Shown here one piece after another: positions 50,364 to 61,990 of a stretch of 64,000 nt of DNA. Made by a program: the position numbers and the translations under genes. Origin of the DNA: Octopus vulgaris. Taxonomy: Eukaryota. The notes below the pieces were generated by a model. It saw only the letters and a program-made list of their open reading frames with translations, was not told the origin of the DNA and made no database searches. The number at the start of each line of letters is the position of its first letter. Position 1 is the stretch's first letter. The stretch is taken from positions 112,468,001 through 112,532,000 of the forward strand of contig OX597818.1 of NCBI GenBank assembly GCA_951406725.2. Direction: 5' to 3'.

Positions 50364-50505
50364 TGTGTGTGTGCGTGCGTGTTACGTAACATGAGATAAC
50401 AAAGCCAAGACTGTGTGGAATATTCAGTACATTTATAAAGAGAAAGTTAGACTCACAGCTGTTTCTGGGATATTAGGGATATCCCTTCATCAGAGACGAT
50501 TGAGA
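49953..50505. mobile_element. Inverted pair of ~110-bp hammerhead-bearing pseudo-LTR-like repeats
   Basis: 49953-50064 (+) and 50394-50505 (-). + copy: GTCT-CTGACGA-A-GCGATAT cccta ATATCCC-A-GAA-ACAGGTGT-A-AGAC. - copy: GTCT-CTGATGA-A-GGGATAT cccta ATATCCC-A-GAA-ACAGCTGT-G-AGTC. Confidence 0.75.
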
Positions 50506-50715
50506 TGGTAATATAAAGGGAAATATTAGAGATCAGTATGAGGGGTTATTTTGGAAGAGGAAGCAAATAAGGAGTATAGAGGGAAATAGGAGAATGAATG
50601 GAGAAATAAAAATGAAAATGTATAAAGATTTTATAGTTGCAGTTCCATTATTCAAGGAAAGTGGGGTTTTGGGAGTGGTAGAAATGCTTCCTGTCCGTGG
50701 TATGAAATTCCAATA

Positions 50716-50764
<49 letters not shown>

Positions 50765-50769
<5 letters not shown>

Positions 50770-50935
50770 TAGTAAGAATTTACAAAAAAGAAAACAAAAG
50801 ACGAAGGTAGGTGTGTAAACAACAAACAGATGTATTAGTTTAACGCTAGGGAAGTAAGAAAGTCCTTTACGTTTCGAGCCTTTAATCTTCGGCAGAAAGG
50901 AACACAGAAATAGACAGGGAGTGTCCAAGAAAAGT

Positions 50936-50940
<5 letters not shown>
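50765..50940 (-). repeat. Pseudo-LTR-like module with degenerate hammerhead core
   Basis: Minus: tccttt-CTGCCGA-A-GATT aaag GCTC-GAA-ACGT-A-aagga; same family as 11545-11725 and 60745-60885. Confidence 0.6.
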
Positions 50941-51004
<64 letters not shown>

Positions 51005-54000
51005 GGAGAGAGAGAGATCCATGGGACAAGCATGCATATACCCATTACTTAATGGCTTTAAACTTACTCTGCTCGATTTCAAGAAATGTCTTTCGTCGTT
51101 GCAAAAGTTCCATTCAGGAAAACCTGGAACCGATTCTGTGAAGCGTCCTGCAGAATAAGTTAAACATTACAAGCGAAAAGGTTATTGTTGTTATATATTT
51201 CATCATATATTGATTCAGCTTGCGTTTTGTATTAATAATGCACATCTCCGTAAAATGTTTCATCGCTTACATTTTACTTCAATATATAGGATGGTCATTT
51301 GATCTTTGTGGTGTGCTTATGTTGAAAACTAACTGATATTCGTTGCAATGGTCATGTTTCCTCCACCGTCAATTATTCACGTCTGCAGATGGGCAGCAAT
51401 ATATTAATTTTATCTTTAGAATATCTACAATAACCGTTTCAGTAAAATGCATTTTTCTTGATGCACAATCTGATTAATTTATTATCACTGCCAGATCTTT
51501 TGCTAAATCTAGATTCATCACTAACTCTACCATGCACTGATTAATGAATAGCATACCATGTACTACATATCCATTTCATTTCTATCTCATAATTTAAATA
51601 TCCATAATATCGAACAATTAATTTGAAATGAATTATAATAACAATGCCATGGTGAATACATGTCTCTGACTTAAAAAAAATATTACGCACTTATATACCT
51701 ACAAATAATTCCTTTGTCATAGCACAAATATGGCCACAATGAACCTCCGCTGTATATATCTCTAATGTGTGCCAAGGCAAAATGTAAAAATTATCAACAA
51801 TGCGCTTTCCCAGAGAATTTCTGCATTTGGGATATCTGAATAATTGTATTAGTTTTATCCACAGTTTCGGGTATTCCGCGCCACAAATTGTCTGGAAGGG
51901 AATTGAAAGACAGTAAACATTGGATGCGTTCCCAATGAATCTTTTGGTTTGGCAAATCTTATGTCGATCACCTCTACCCAAAGAAACATATTTTTTTTGG
52001 TTCCCAGGAAATTCAACTATCATGAATAGTCTCATTTTGTAATCCTAGATGAAGAAAACTTGGAATCCCTTTTTCAACATTTTGTTTAGTAGTTGCCGAC
52101 ACAGCGAAATGAGATGCAGTGAATGTTTTCACAAATATTAAAATTCCTATCAAGTTACAAATCATAATAACATGTGAAAAACGGTAAGTGGTCTTTATAT
52201 ATTGCATAAATATATGAATAATTCACAATCAGTCCTTTACCTATAATTAAAATGCTTACTGATTCTAAATTTTCTTGATCTTCAACCTGTGTACTGACGG
52301 GAGATGAAATAAACGATGCAAAAATGTGAAATAAGCGCTGTTAGTCAAGTCTGTTTTCAATTGTTTCGGTAAATGATTTATGATCGAAATGACCAACGAT
52401 TCCTCTGTGATAAACCCTTTTCACAATTCGTTTACGTAGGCTGTGTAAGATAATGTTTTTAGACGATAGGGAATGCTTTTATGTATTGAATCAAGATGTT
52501 CGTTATCACGAGATCTAGTCATCACAGAGAGGGTCCCTTATTGTATCTAAGTCCCTAATTTGATTTTATAATAGCAGAAAGACCTAGAAAATATTTACGA
52601 ACCGATGACAGATCCACATCTCGATTTATTGGGCAATAAATATATCCAAACGGTGCTTCCAAAATTCAATATAGCTATCTTGATTGAACTCAAAACGCTC
52701 TTCAGAATGACAAATGATATAGGCACTACAGGTAATGTAATGTAACCTCTTTACAATGATGAAAAAAGAGGTACTGTATTACTCATGATTTCTTTTGGAA
52801 TTTTCCGAAATGTCAGTTTGAAAAGAACATACTATTTACAAACGTTGTCAATTGTAAATTGCTATCAATATTCTTCTTGCAATACCTTTTGAGCTGCCGC
52901 AATGTTGGTAACAACGTTTCTTTTATATTAGTTTTTTCTATTGTGAGTTTCTCATCGTAAACTGAAACTAAGATAGGCAAATGTTTTCTCAACGGCTGTA
53001 TGATGGTTGTGGGTGATGGGTTGAAATACGTAGCTGGATAAAGTGACTCCTGATATTGTTATGTACTTTTGGGGGTTACCGTTCAAATCTATTTCAGTGA
53101 TGATAAAATAAGGAATAATTGTGTACTAGATCGATAGAGTTTTGTTTTGTTGATAGATTTCAAGTAACAAAAAAAAAAAAATTAAAATTAAATTTTCATA
53201 ACGTAACTTTGTTTTCATCTATATTTCTTTCCTTTATATATTATATGCAGATTCATTTGACAATGAATTTCTGTTAGACCTAAACGCTGTGTGTGAAAGT
53301 GCTTTCAGGAATAGCGACTTCAGAGGTTATAAAGAATATTTGCTGAATATACATTCATCCATATGACACAAAGCAATACACCTTCCATAATCTCTGACAA
53401 AATATATATTCATATATTAACGACCAGTTTAAAGGTAAACGACATGATTCCTTTTATCTTTCATTGCATAGTTTTAAACTTTTCACTCAGACGGAAGTTT
53501 TCAGCTTATTTTTCTAAATATTCATATTTCTTTATTGCTACGAATGTTAAAACAGTTATATTTACATACGCTACACGAACCACCGTGGAAGGTTTCTATT
53601 TATTATCAATAATGTCAGAAAGTGAGACAATGGCTTAGATATTATTTAAAGTTTCAACGATATTTAACGTTCATTAATATTAAACATTTTGGTTCCTTGC
53701 TAAGAATCGATCTCCAGCAGCATTAATAATCTACCTCTGCATTCTATTAAAATCGAAAAGGTGGTAGCTCTGAAGCAGATTATGATTGGTGAAGAAAGAA
53801 TAGGAAACACGTAAATTCAATTGTAACTTGTTTCTGATTTAACTGTCAATTACTGGCGTTAAATAGAAATGTAGAAAAAAAAAAAATTAAATGTGTGAGA
53901 CTTGCCGAGTAAATGGATACAATCGGCTAAAGATAGATTTGCAGTTCGAATTCAAAATGGTTTGTTGCTTAACTCAACCGGAATCGAAACTATAGCGCAC

Positions 54001-54427
54001 AAACAACACGGCATTATTACTTACGTTTAAATGGCTGCAGTACAATGTACAATACGTCATTGCCTTCTCAGATTACGTATTGACCTGCTACCAAAATACA
54101 ATTGAAGCAAATTATCAAAGACTAAACGGGCGTGTGTTAGTTTAATTCTTCGGCGGAGAGAGTTGTCAGTTCATTTAACAAATAATTTAGACTCTAGTTT
54201 TTATATCTTCACAGAAGATGAGATGGTATATTATTGATAAATTTTTAATGAGCAGTAATAGACTAGATCTGTTACGTAAAATTTAAAAAGGACTGAATAT
54301 ATAAAATGAATGGTATTAGCAAAGCTGGGCATTTTAATTTTGTAATCATTAGAGGAGTTCTTTGATAAGCACAATATGTAATAACAAAATGGTTGCAAAG
54401 TATTACATTTTAGGAATAATTTAAATA

Positions 54428-54652
54428 TTTTTTTTTGCCCACAAGGGGCTAAAAATAGAGGGGACAAACAAGGGCAGACAAACGGATTAAGTCGATTACA
54501 TCGACCCCAGTACGTAACTGGTACTTAATTTATCGACCCCGAAAGGATGAAAGGCAAACTCGACCTCGACGGAATTTCAACTCAGAAAGTAGCAACATAC
54601 GAAATTCTGCTGAGCATTTCGCCCGACGTGCTAACGTTTCTGACAGCTCGCC
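54428..54652 (-). mobile_element. SINE family C, full length
   Basis: Reverse complement of 22728-22950. Confidence 0.88.
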
Positions 54653-55176
54653 GACCTTGGAATACTTTAACTATGTATTACTCGAAAAGACAGGAGACAG
54701 ATTCAGTTAGTGACTTTTTTTTCCTCATCGGTGAAATTAAGTGAAATGTGTGATAACATGAATCAAGAGACGTGTGACCCTCAGAAAATATTTCTTTCCA
54801 ATTGCATCAGCAGATTAGACCAAAGTTAATAGGTTTTAAATTTTGTTAATGTGTACGTATTAGCTTCAATTCATTGTTCCTATTATCTCTGTTATAATAT
54901 TACTAGACTAGGAATACTTCATTAACCATCCATTTATTTATGCATATTCAAACCGAATTAATATTTAATAAGAATTAAAAAGCACCACATCTTCAGGCAA
55001 TGTATTACTGAAATTGGTTAATTACAACTATGAAACTAACATTATTTTAAATAACTTATTTTATGATATCAACATAAAATACTTTTAAAATACATTTAAA
55101 TCCGTATTTCAAAATACTTGATTCGGTAAAATAGAATGCAGACTTTATTATCAAATCGGTTCAAATGATATAATAT

Positions 55177-55537
55177 ACATGGTTCCGGGTTCAGTCCCAC
55201 TGCATGGCATCTTGTGCAAGTGTCTTCTGCTATAGCCCCGGGCCGACCAATGCCTTGTGAGTGGATTTGGTAGACGGAAACTGAAAGAAGCCTATCGTAT
55301 ATATGTATATATATGTATATATGTGTATGTGTGTGTGTTTGTCCCCCTAGCATTGTTTGACAACCGATGCTGGTGTGTTTACGTCCCCGTCACCTAGCGG
55401 TTCGGCAAAAGAGACCGATAGAATAAGTACTGGGCTTACAAAAGAATAAGTCCCGGGGTCGAGTTGCTCGACTAAAGGTAGTGCTCCAGCATGGCCGCAG
55501 TCAAATGACTGAAACAAGTAAAAGAGTAAGAGTAAAG
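55177..55537 (+). mobile_element. SINE family A, young, 5'-truncated by ~40 nt
   Basis: Near-identical to 19098-19505. Confidence 0.92.
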
Positions 55538-56839
55538 CGTATCTCGTTTACAATTAATCTATATATGGATATAAAAACTTGGATTATCCCCTATTATACA
55601 CACCTTTCTAATCCATAATATAGTTTTGTGTGTGGTTAGTATATAATTTTTGCTTCGATTGAGCTCCGATTCCTCAAAGCAAATTACTCTTTTGTATCAA
55701 ATAAAATACTAGAAATAACAGTCAGACATTTTCAAAACTAAGATCATCAGAATATTCAAAGTTCTCGTTTTCGCTTTCATGTAACATGTTTCTGCAAGTA
55801 AGTTATGTTATATTATGATTCATTTTGAATATGCATCTCATATCGAACTGGTTTGTCATGACAAACATTTTTCACAAATCTACTTACATGACAGGAGGCT
55901 ACAAATTATTAATTGATATTTTATGAGGAAATGAGGCTAGCGATGCAAAAAGTCTATATTGGATATAAAATGGGACAAGCAAATGGAGTCCAATGCTGGG
56001 AGCAGAGAACAACGGTCAAAAATGGGAGAAAGACAAGCATAGATAGTAATAGGAATAGCTAACAATAGATTGAAAAGACAATCATTTCTGCATATATGTG
56101 GATTATGAGATAACTGAAGCATACTGTAAAACAAAATTGCAAATATTCGTAAAAGTAATCCAATGCTATCTCAGCCGGGGGTAAAATATAGACATTAAAC
56201 CAATATGACAACATTTGCTTAATTATAGAATATTATTAATATTTTCAAAGAAATATGCTTCAAAGCAGTAAATATTCCGACAAACTAATATAAATGTTGC
56301 CTTGTCAGTAATAATGCTGGAAACACTTTAAGGCAGCTTCTGAAGTTGCGAAAGAGAGATTGCCACGAGCGGTAATAATATTATGGATATCATTTTAAGC
56401 AAAATAGGGTTTCAAGTAGGGAATAATTGGTAATATAAACCGAAATTGCAGATATATAGAAATGTAAGGTATTTGGGACATAATACATGTTGTGATGGGG
56501 AGAGGGGAACGTAATACCCCAGCAGCGTCTCTGACAGAAATCCTTATTGCAATGATGAGAGATGGTTATAATCCAGACTGAAAGCCACGGGAGCAGAATT
56601 TCATGTTTTCGATGACGAAACAAATTGCAAAACAAAAAATCCAGTAAGGATTGACGCAGGGTAAAAATAAAATACAAGTCATAAAAATAAGTTCGTCCAC
56701 CTTTAGAGGATAGAGAATTGAAAATATCCTAATCAAAAGTATTTTTTGAGAAACTAGTTATGAACGTAACCAGAACGCAGCCAGACGATTCTATGAGCAA
56801 GAAAAGCGCGTTGGTTATATATATATTAACTTCATTTAA

Positions 56840-57190
56840 GCACAGGCGTGCGTGTGTAGTAAGACGCTTGCTTCCCAACCACATAGCTTTGGGCTCAGTC
56901 GCTATTCTAGTATAGCCTTGGACGAACTAAAGTCTTGTGAGTGGATCTGGTGGGCGGCAACTGAAGGAAGTCCGTCTTTTATGTAGATATATCAGTGTCT
57001 TTAAACTTGTGTTTGACAACCAGTGTTTTGGTGTGATTATCTCCCTACAACCTAGCGTTTCAACAAATGGGACCCATAAAACATTAGCTGGCTCCAGCAA
57101 ACGAAATAAGTACTGCGCAACATCCATTCGACTAACAATTCTACCAGTTGTGGCTGCAATCTATTGACCGAAACAAGTAAAAGTTAAAAA
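56840..57190 (+). mobile_element. SINE family A, old diverged copy
   Basis: gcttgcttcccaaccacat, cttgtgagtggat.tgg, tgacaacc, gaaacaagtaaaag in order. Confidence 0.7.
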
Positions 57191-57694
57191 GAAGAGATGG
57201 AAGATGGTATAAAACAGTAAACGATAATTAACAAAAGAAGCTGTTTGTTGAAGTAAATATCGTAAACGTATCCAACTCATTCTGCAACGAGTTTCGTTTT
57301 ATATAAAGATTAATGGTTTATATAGAATACTTCACAAACGTAATTCAGTTGGAACGAAACATTCTGCTGGCGGTTCATACGCTAGCAAAAGATCATAAAT
57401 TATAGTAAACAATTTATAGGAAATACGAGTCACGGCAACATGTACGTTTGTTCCAATCCATCGCAGTTCACCAGATTTAAGAAGATTTCAATATGAAGTA
57501 ACTCGGTGAAATAAAACTAAGTCTCAACCGCTTTAGGCGTAATATCTTCGTATTTCATTTCTATGTAATTGTATTTCGGATATTTTCAACTTAAAAGACA
57601 AATCATGATACAACTTACGACTACAGATATCAAAAGAACCGCCATTACTATGTATAGAATATCTGTTCTTCACCTTGGTTTTTGATACACGACA

Positions 57695-57821
57695 CTCCTT
57701 CTTCTTCTTCTTCTTCTTCTTCTTCTTCTTCTTCTTCTTCTTCTTCTTCTTCTTCTCTCCTTCCTCTTCTTCACCTTTTTCTCGTCCTCCTTTTTGTCCT
57801 CCACTTTCTTCATTTTCTTCT

Positions 57822-57898
<77 letters not shown>

Positions 57899-58100
57899 TT
57901 TTTCTTCTTCTTCTTCTTCTTCTTCTTCTTCTTCTTCTTCTTCTTCTCCTCTTCTACTTCTTCCTTTCCTTTCTGTTCTCTTCCTCCCTTTCTTCTTCTT
58001 CACCTTTTTCTCCTCCCCCCCCCACATTCTTCTTTTTCATCTCCTTCATCATCATCATCATCATCATCTTCTTCTTCTTCTTCTTCTTCTTCTTCTTCTT

Positions 58101-58144
<44 letters not shown>

Positions 58145-58160
58145 GCTTCTTCATTTTCTT
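57695..58160. repeat. Compound trinucleotide microsatellite (TTC)n(ATC)n(TTC)n...(ATC)n(TTC)n(TAC)n
   Basis: Direct reading; explains the homopolymer ORFs in all frames. Confidence 0.97.
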
Positions 58161-58825
58161 CTCTTGTGTCTACTCTACTAAAGATTTTCGGAATATTTTC
58201 TCCCAAAATTCAGTACTAATTTTATTATTTGTTCAAGACACACACACACGCACACACACACACACGCACACACACACGCACACACACACACATGTGTATA
58301 TATGTGTGTGTGTGTATGCGTTTCTCAGTAAGAGCATTTGATCCCTTAATAAATTTTGCAATAAGTTCAAATAGGAAAACTGCCTCAAAATTATAGATAA
58401 TCAAAGGGTTTCCCGAGGCCACACAATCACAAGAAAGCAGCGTTAGTAATAGTAAGGCTGATGGCATCACAATGGTAACATTGTCCTTTTAAGTGCCTCT
58501 GTAAACATCAGCATGTTAGTTCGTTATATGTTGCTCGTGTGTGCACAGGTTAGTATATATATCCATCTATATATTATATTGTATTCCACGCTAAAGCAAA
58601 ACCAAAGTAGAACGAGTATCTCGAGTCATTTAGAATAGTTTATTAGGGTAAGGTGAATTTGAAGTCTTACAGCCAATTGTGGGATAACCCAAGTGGTAGG
58701 TTAGCAGGTTTACGCACTGGGTATACCGTCATCAAATACAAAGTATGACTATTGTAGAAAGAAGAAAATTTTGATTTACAAAGTATAAAATAGAATTCAC
58801 ACACACACATACATACACACATATG

Positions 58826-58883
<58 letters not shown>

Positions 58884-58889
58884 TGTCTT

Positions 58890-60742
58890 ACAAACAACTT
58901 GCACATGCAAGTGCTACCAGTTAAAAGCTCCGTATATCGGAAGCTAGCAAGTGTATGGGGTCATCAGGAGAGAATGCGCGCCGTTTCGGGGCCTACCTCT
59001 CGACGGCATCAATGCGCACTGATATGAGGCCCCGCTTGCTAGATCAGCTGGTTATGAAGAACTCAATATACTTCTAGCCATCGCTCGTCGTCTCTTTTTA
59101 ACCAAATCCAGTGGCTAACCTTCTCCACTGTAGATTGGATATCAGTCATGGTAGTATTGACTTTACGATGAGTTAGGCCTAGCGATAACAACAGTCGTCT
59201 CACGCTGTGTCCTACAAACCCTCTACATCTGACTTCGATAGGAAAATGTTCCGCTTTCCAGCCTGCGTCTTCACATTCCTCGAGGAGGTTTTCATAACGG
59301 TTCAATTTTCGAGCCCGAGCGGCGTCCATATTATCTTCGTGAGGAACCGTTAGCTCGATTATATTTACAACTTTCTTTCTTTTACACCACATCAAAATAT
59401 CTGTTTTTTTCGAAACTGGGATGGGAAAGAAAACCTGGCACCCGGGTAAATCTGCAGTTACCTCCCAATAGCCGTTCCACTTTTCATTTTTCTCAGGAAG
59501 TTTCTTGGTCTTCTTCTTGAAACAGATCCGCTGACCTGGTCGCACGAAGGTAATGAAATCTCTTGATGGTACTTTTAACGATTTTTCGTTAGGTGATTCG
59601 TAGGTGATGGCAAAACATCATAAGATGAACGATTTTTCCTCAGTGTTGTTGAGATGAATTTGGTTCTTTATAGCATTGAAGATAACCTTTAGGACCAAGT
59701 TGTGCCTCCATGTGTACCTGTTCAATGCTAATGAACAGTTGGAAAGAATATGTTTTAGTGTACCGACCTTTCCACATTTGCAGATGTCATTCTCTAAGAC
59801 GTTCCATCTTACTAGATTCGTACGTGATGGCAAAACATCATAAGATGAACGAATCAGGAAACTCAGTCGAGATGTCGTCCACTTCCACATCTCATCCCAA
59901 CTTATCTTCCTCTCAACAACATGTTCTTCCCATCTCGTCATCTGACCTTGATGAACACATCGGATCAAATGAAGCTCTCTTCTCTCTGCTTCTCTCGTTT
60001 TGACGCTGTTGTTAACAACAGATCTGCGTTCACACGGCATCATGCTTGCAAACGGTCTGAACTGATCTGCGCCAAAACCAAATCCTTTCCGATGGTTCTG
60101 CGTTGCTCCCACCATATCTCTGTGTATAAGAGAAGACAAGATGTTGTCAGTTTCTGCTTCTGCTTTCCACTTCCTGGCTGTTTTCACCTCTGGTGGGTTA
60201 CGCCTGATTTCCATATCCTTCGATTCTCTCAGCATCATGACCATCTGTATCTACCCCTACTTAAATATTTCGACTATTGATACTATTGGTAGCTGCAACG
60301 AACCTCTTTTACGATAAAGAGCTGAGCTGTTCAACATACGGAGTAGACCTAGCCACTTTCTAATGAACACATTACATTTTTGTTCAATCCTTTCAACTCG
60401 TAACAATGCTACTTCGTATATTAAAAGTGGCCACGCATGTCGCGGATACAAGCCGAACTGCAAGGACCAAATTTTATATTTACCTGGTAACTTCGAATCA
60501 TCAATCGCTGATAACCCAGCCTCGGCCTGTTTCATAATTTCAATCCCACGACTTCTGTCTGACAATGTTCCAGCGTATACTCGTCCCAAGCTCTTGACGG
60601 GCTCTTCCTTGACTGTTGGAATGCTTTCTTCAGATATTCGAAATTTAACTTCTTTCTGCACTCCCTTAACAAATGTCAGACTACGCGACTTTTTTGCTCT
60701 AAATCGCATCCTTGACCACCTTACAAGTTCGTCTGTATTTTC
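58890..60742 (-). mobile_element. HERO-like non-LTR retrotransposon (RT C-terminus, zinc knuckle, RLE, 3'UTR), 5'-truncated
   Basis: ORFs 60257-, 59618-60244 and 59063-59545: WSRMRFRAKKSRSL, EEPVKSLGR, LPGKYKIW, RKWLGL, YDVLPS..NL..W, CKCGKVGTLKHILSNC..ALNRYTWRHN.VL, DILMW...IIELTVPHE...RK..RY, IEV.CRGF, W.WLKR. Confidence 0.9.
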
Positions 60743-60744
60743 TC

Positions 60745-60885
60745 TTCTTGTTTCTTTCTGTGTTCCTTTCTGTGGAAGAGGGTAAGCTCGTACCGTTAAA
60801 GAGTTTTTCACTTCCCGAGCATTAAACATACCTTTGTTGTCTACACCACCTATCTCCATCTTTTGTCTTGTTTGTGAATTATTCC
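60745..60885 (+). repeat. Pseudo-LTR-like module (degenerate hammerhead) abutting the HERO 5' truncation point
   Basis: tttctgtgttcctttCTGTGGAAGAGggtaaGCTCG...cttcccgagc.ttaaac matches the 50765-50940 reverse complement. Confidence 0.6.
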
Positions 60886-61616
60886 TCGGTCTCTCTGTCT
60901 CTCTCTCTCTCGGTTTGTATATATATATATATATATTATACAACAATTTATATATATACAAACCAATTGTGTTTTAGGTGTGTTTAAAGATTTGTAAGTA
61001 GTTACGTTTAAAAGAAATTTCTCGAACAGAAAACTCTTTTTCTTTTCAAATTTGCCTCAAATGTAGCCGAGGTATTATACTCTATATAAATGATACCACA
61101 CAAGCGTACGCAGAGACATAACTTCTTTAATACGCACACAAACGTGCCAATATCCATATAATATATGTGTATATATATTATATGTATATAAATATGTATG
61201 TGTATGTGTATGTGTGTACTAGCATGTTTTTAGTAATAAGTGTATTCCATAGAAACAGAGGCTTAGAGAGTTTCCCTGAGTGTGGAGAGTGATAGACAGA
61301 GGAGTAAAGAGTGAGTGTCCTCTGAATATAAGTGGACGAATATATGTAGTTATGGGGGTATGTACTTAGCCTTACGCCATCATATGTGCCAGTTCAATGT
61401 AAAAATGTGATCTTCATATTCCTTTTAAGCTTAATGTTCTTCCTGTTTGTATGACAGCTTCGTTTTTGACAGATATAGTATCTATCGATTCTTTAGTATA
61501 TAATATGAATCTTACAATCGATCTACCAAATTTCGATGCCCGTTACCACTATTCGCTCTTTTAATCTTATGTTGTTACAAAATGTAGATTGATATCAACT
61601 TTAGAAATATATTTCA

Positions 61617-61990
61617 GTAGGTGTCTGGTAAGAAATTTGCTTCACAGTCACATGGTTCCAGGCTCAGTCCCACTGAGTGGCACCTTGAATAAGTGCCTTC
61701 TACTATAGCTTCGGATTGACCAAAGATTTGTAAGTGGATTTGGTAGACGGATACTGAAAGAAGCCCGCCGTACAGGTGTGTTTGTGTGCTTGTGTTTGCT
61801 TCCCACCACCGATTGACAAATGGTGTTGGTTCGTTTATGTCCCCCTAACTTACCAGTTCGGCAAAAAAAGAACGATAGAATACCAGGCTCAAACAAAAAT
61901 AACTACTGGGCTCGATTTGTTCGGCCAAATATGTTTTCTAGGCGGTGCCCCAGTATGGGCGCAATCTACTGACTGAAAGAATTAAGACAC
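61617..61990 (+). mobile_element. SINE family A, diverged copy
   Basis: cacatggttcc.gg.tcagtcccactg.gtggcacctt, gtggatttggtagacgga.actgaaagaagccc, tail ggcggtgccccagtatgg. Confidence 0.85.

Noticed and set aside
57533-58341. Acidic/basic low-complexity protein (poly-E/D/K) or poly-His/Ser ORFs
   Set aside because: Compound trinucleotide microsatellite that is open in most frames.
58955-58995. Hammerhead in the HERO 3'UTR (GAAAC...CTGATGA on the minus strand)
   Set aside because: Both would-be stem II strands are CCCC and cannot pair, and the second copy reads CGGATGA; the pseudoknot model fits better.
60743-60961. N-terminal part of ORF 60257-60961 as HERO protein
   Set aside because: It reads through microsatellite and a different repeat beyond the 5' truncation point; only the part from about DELVRWSRM onward is retrotransposon-derived.
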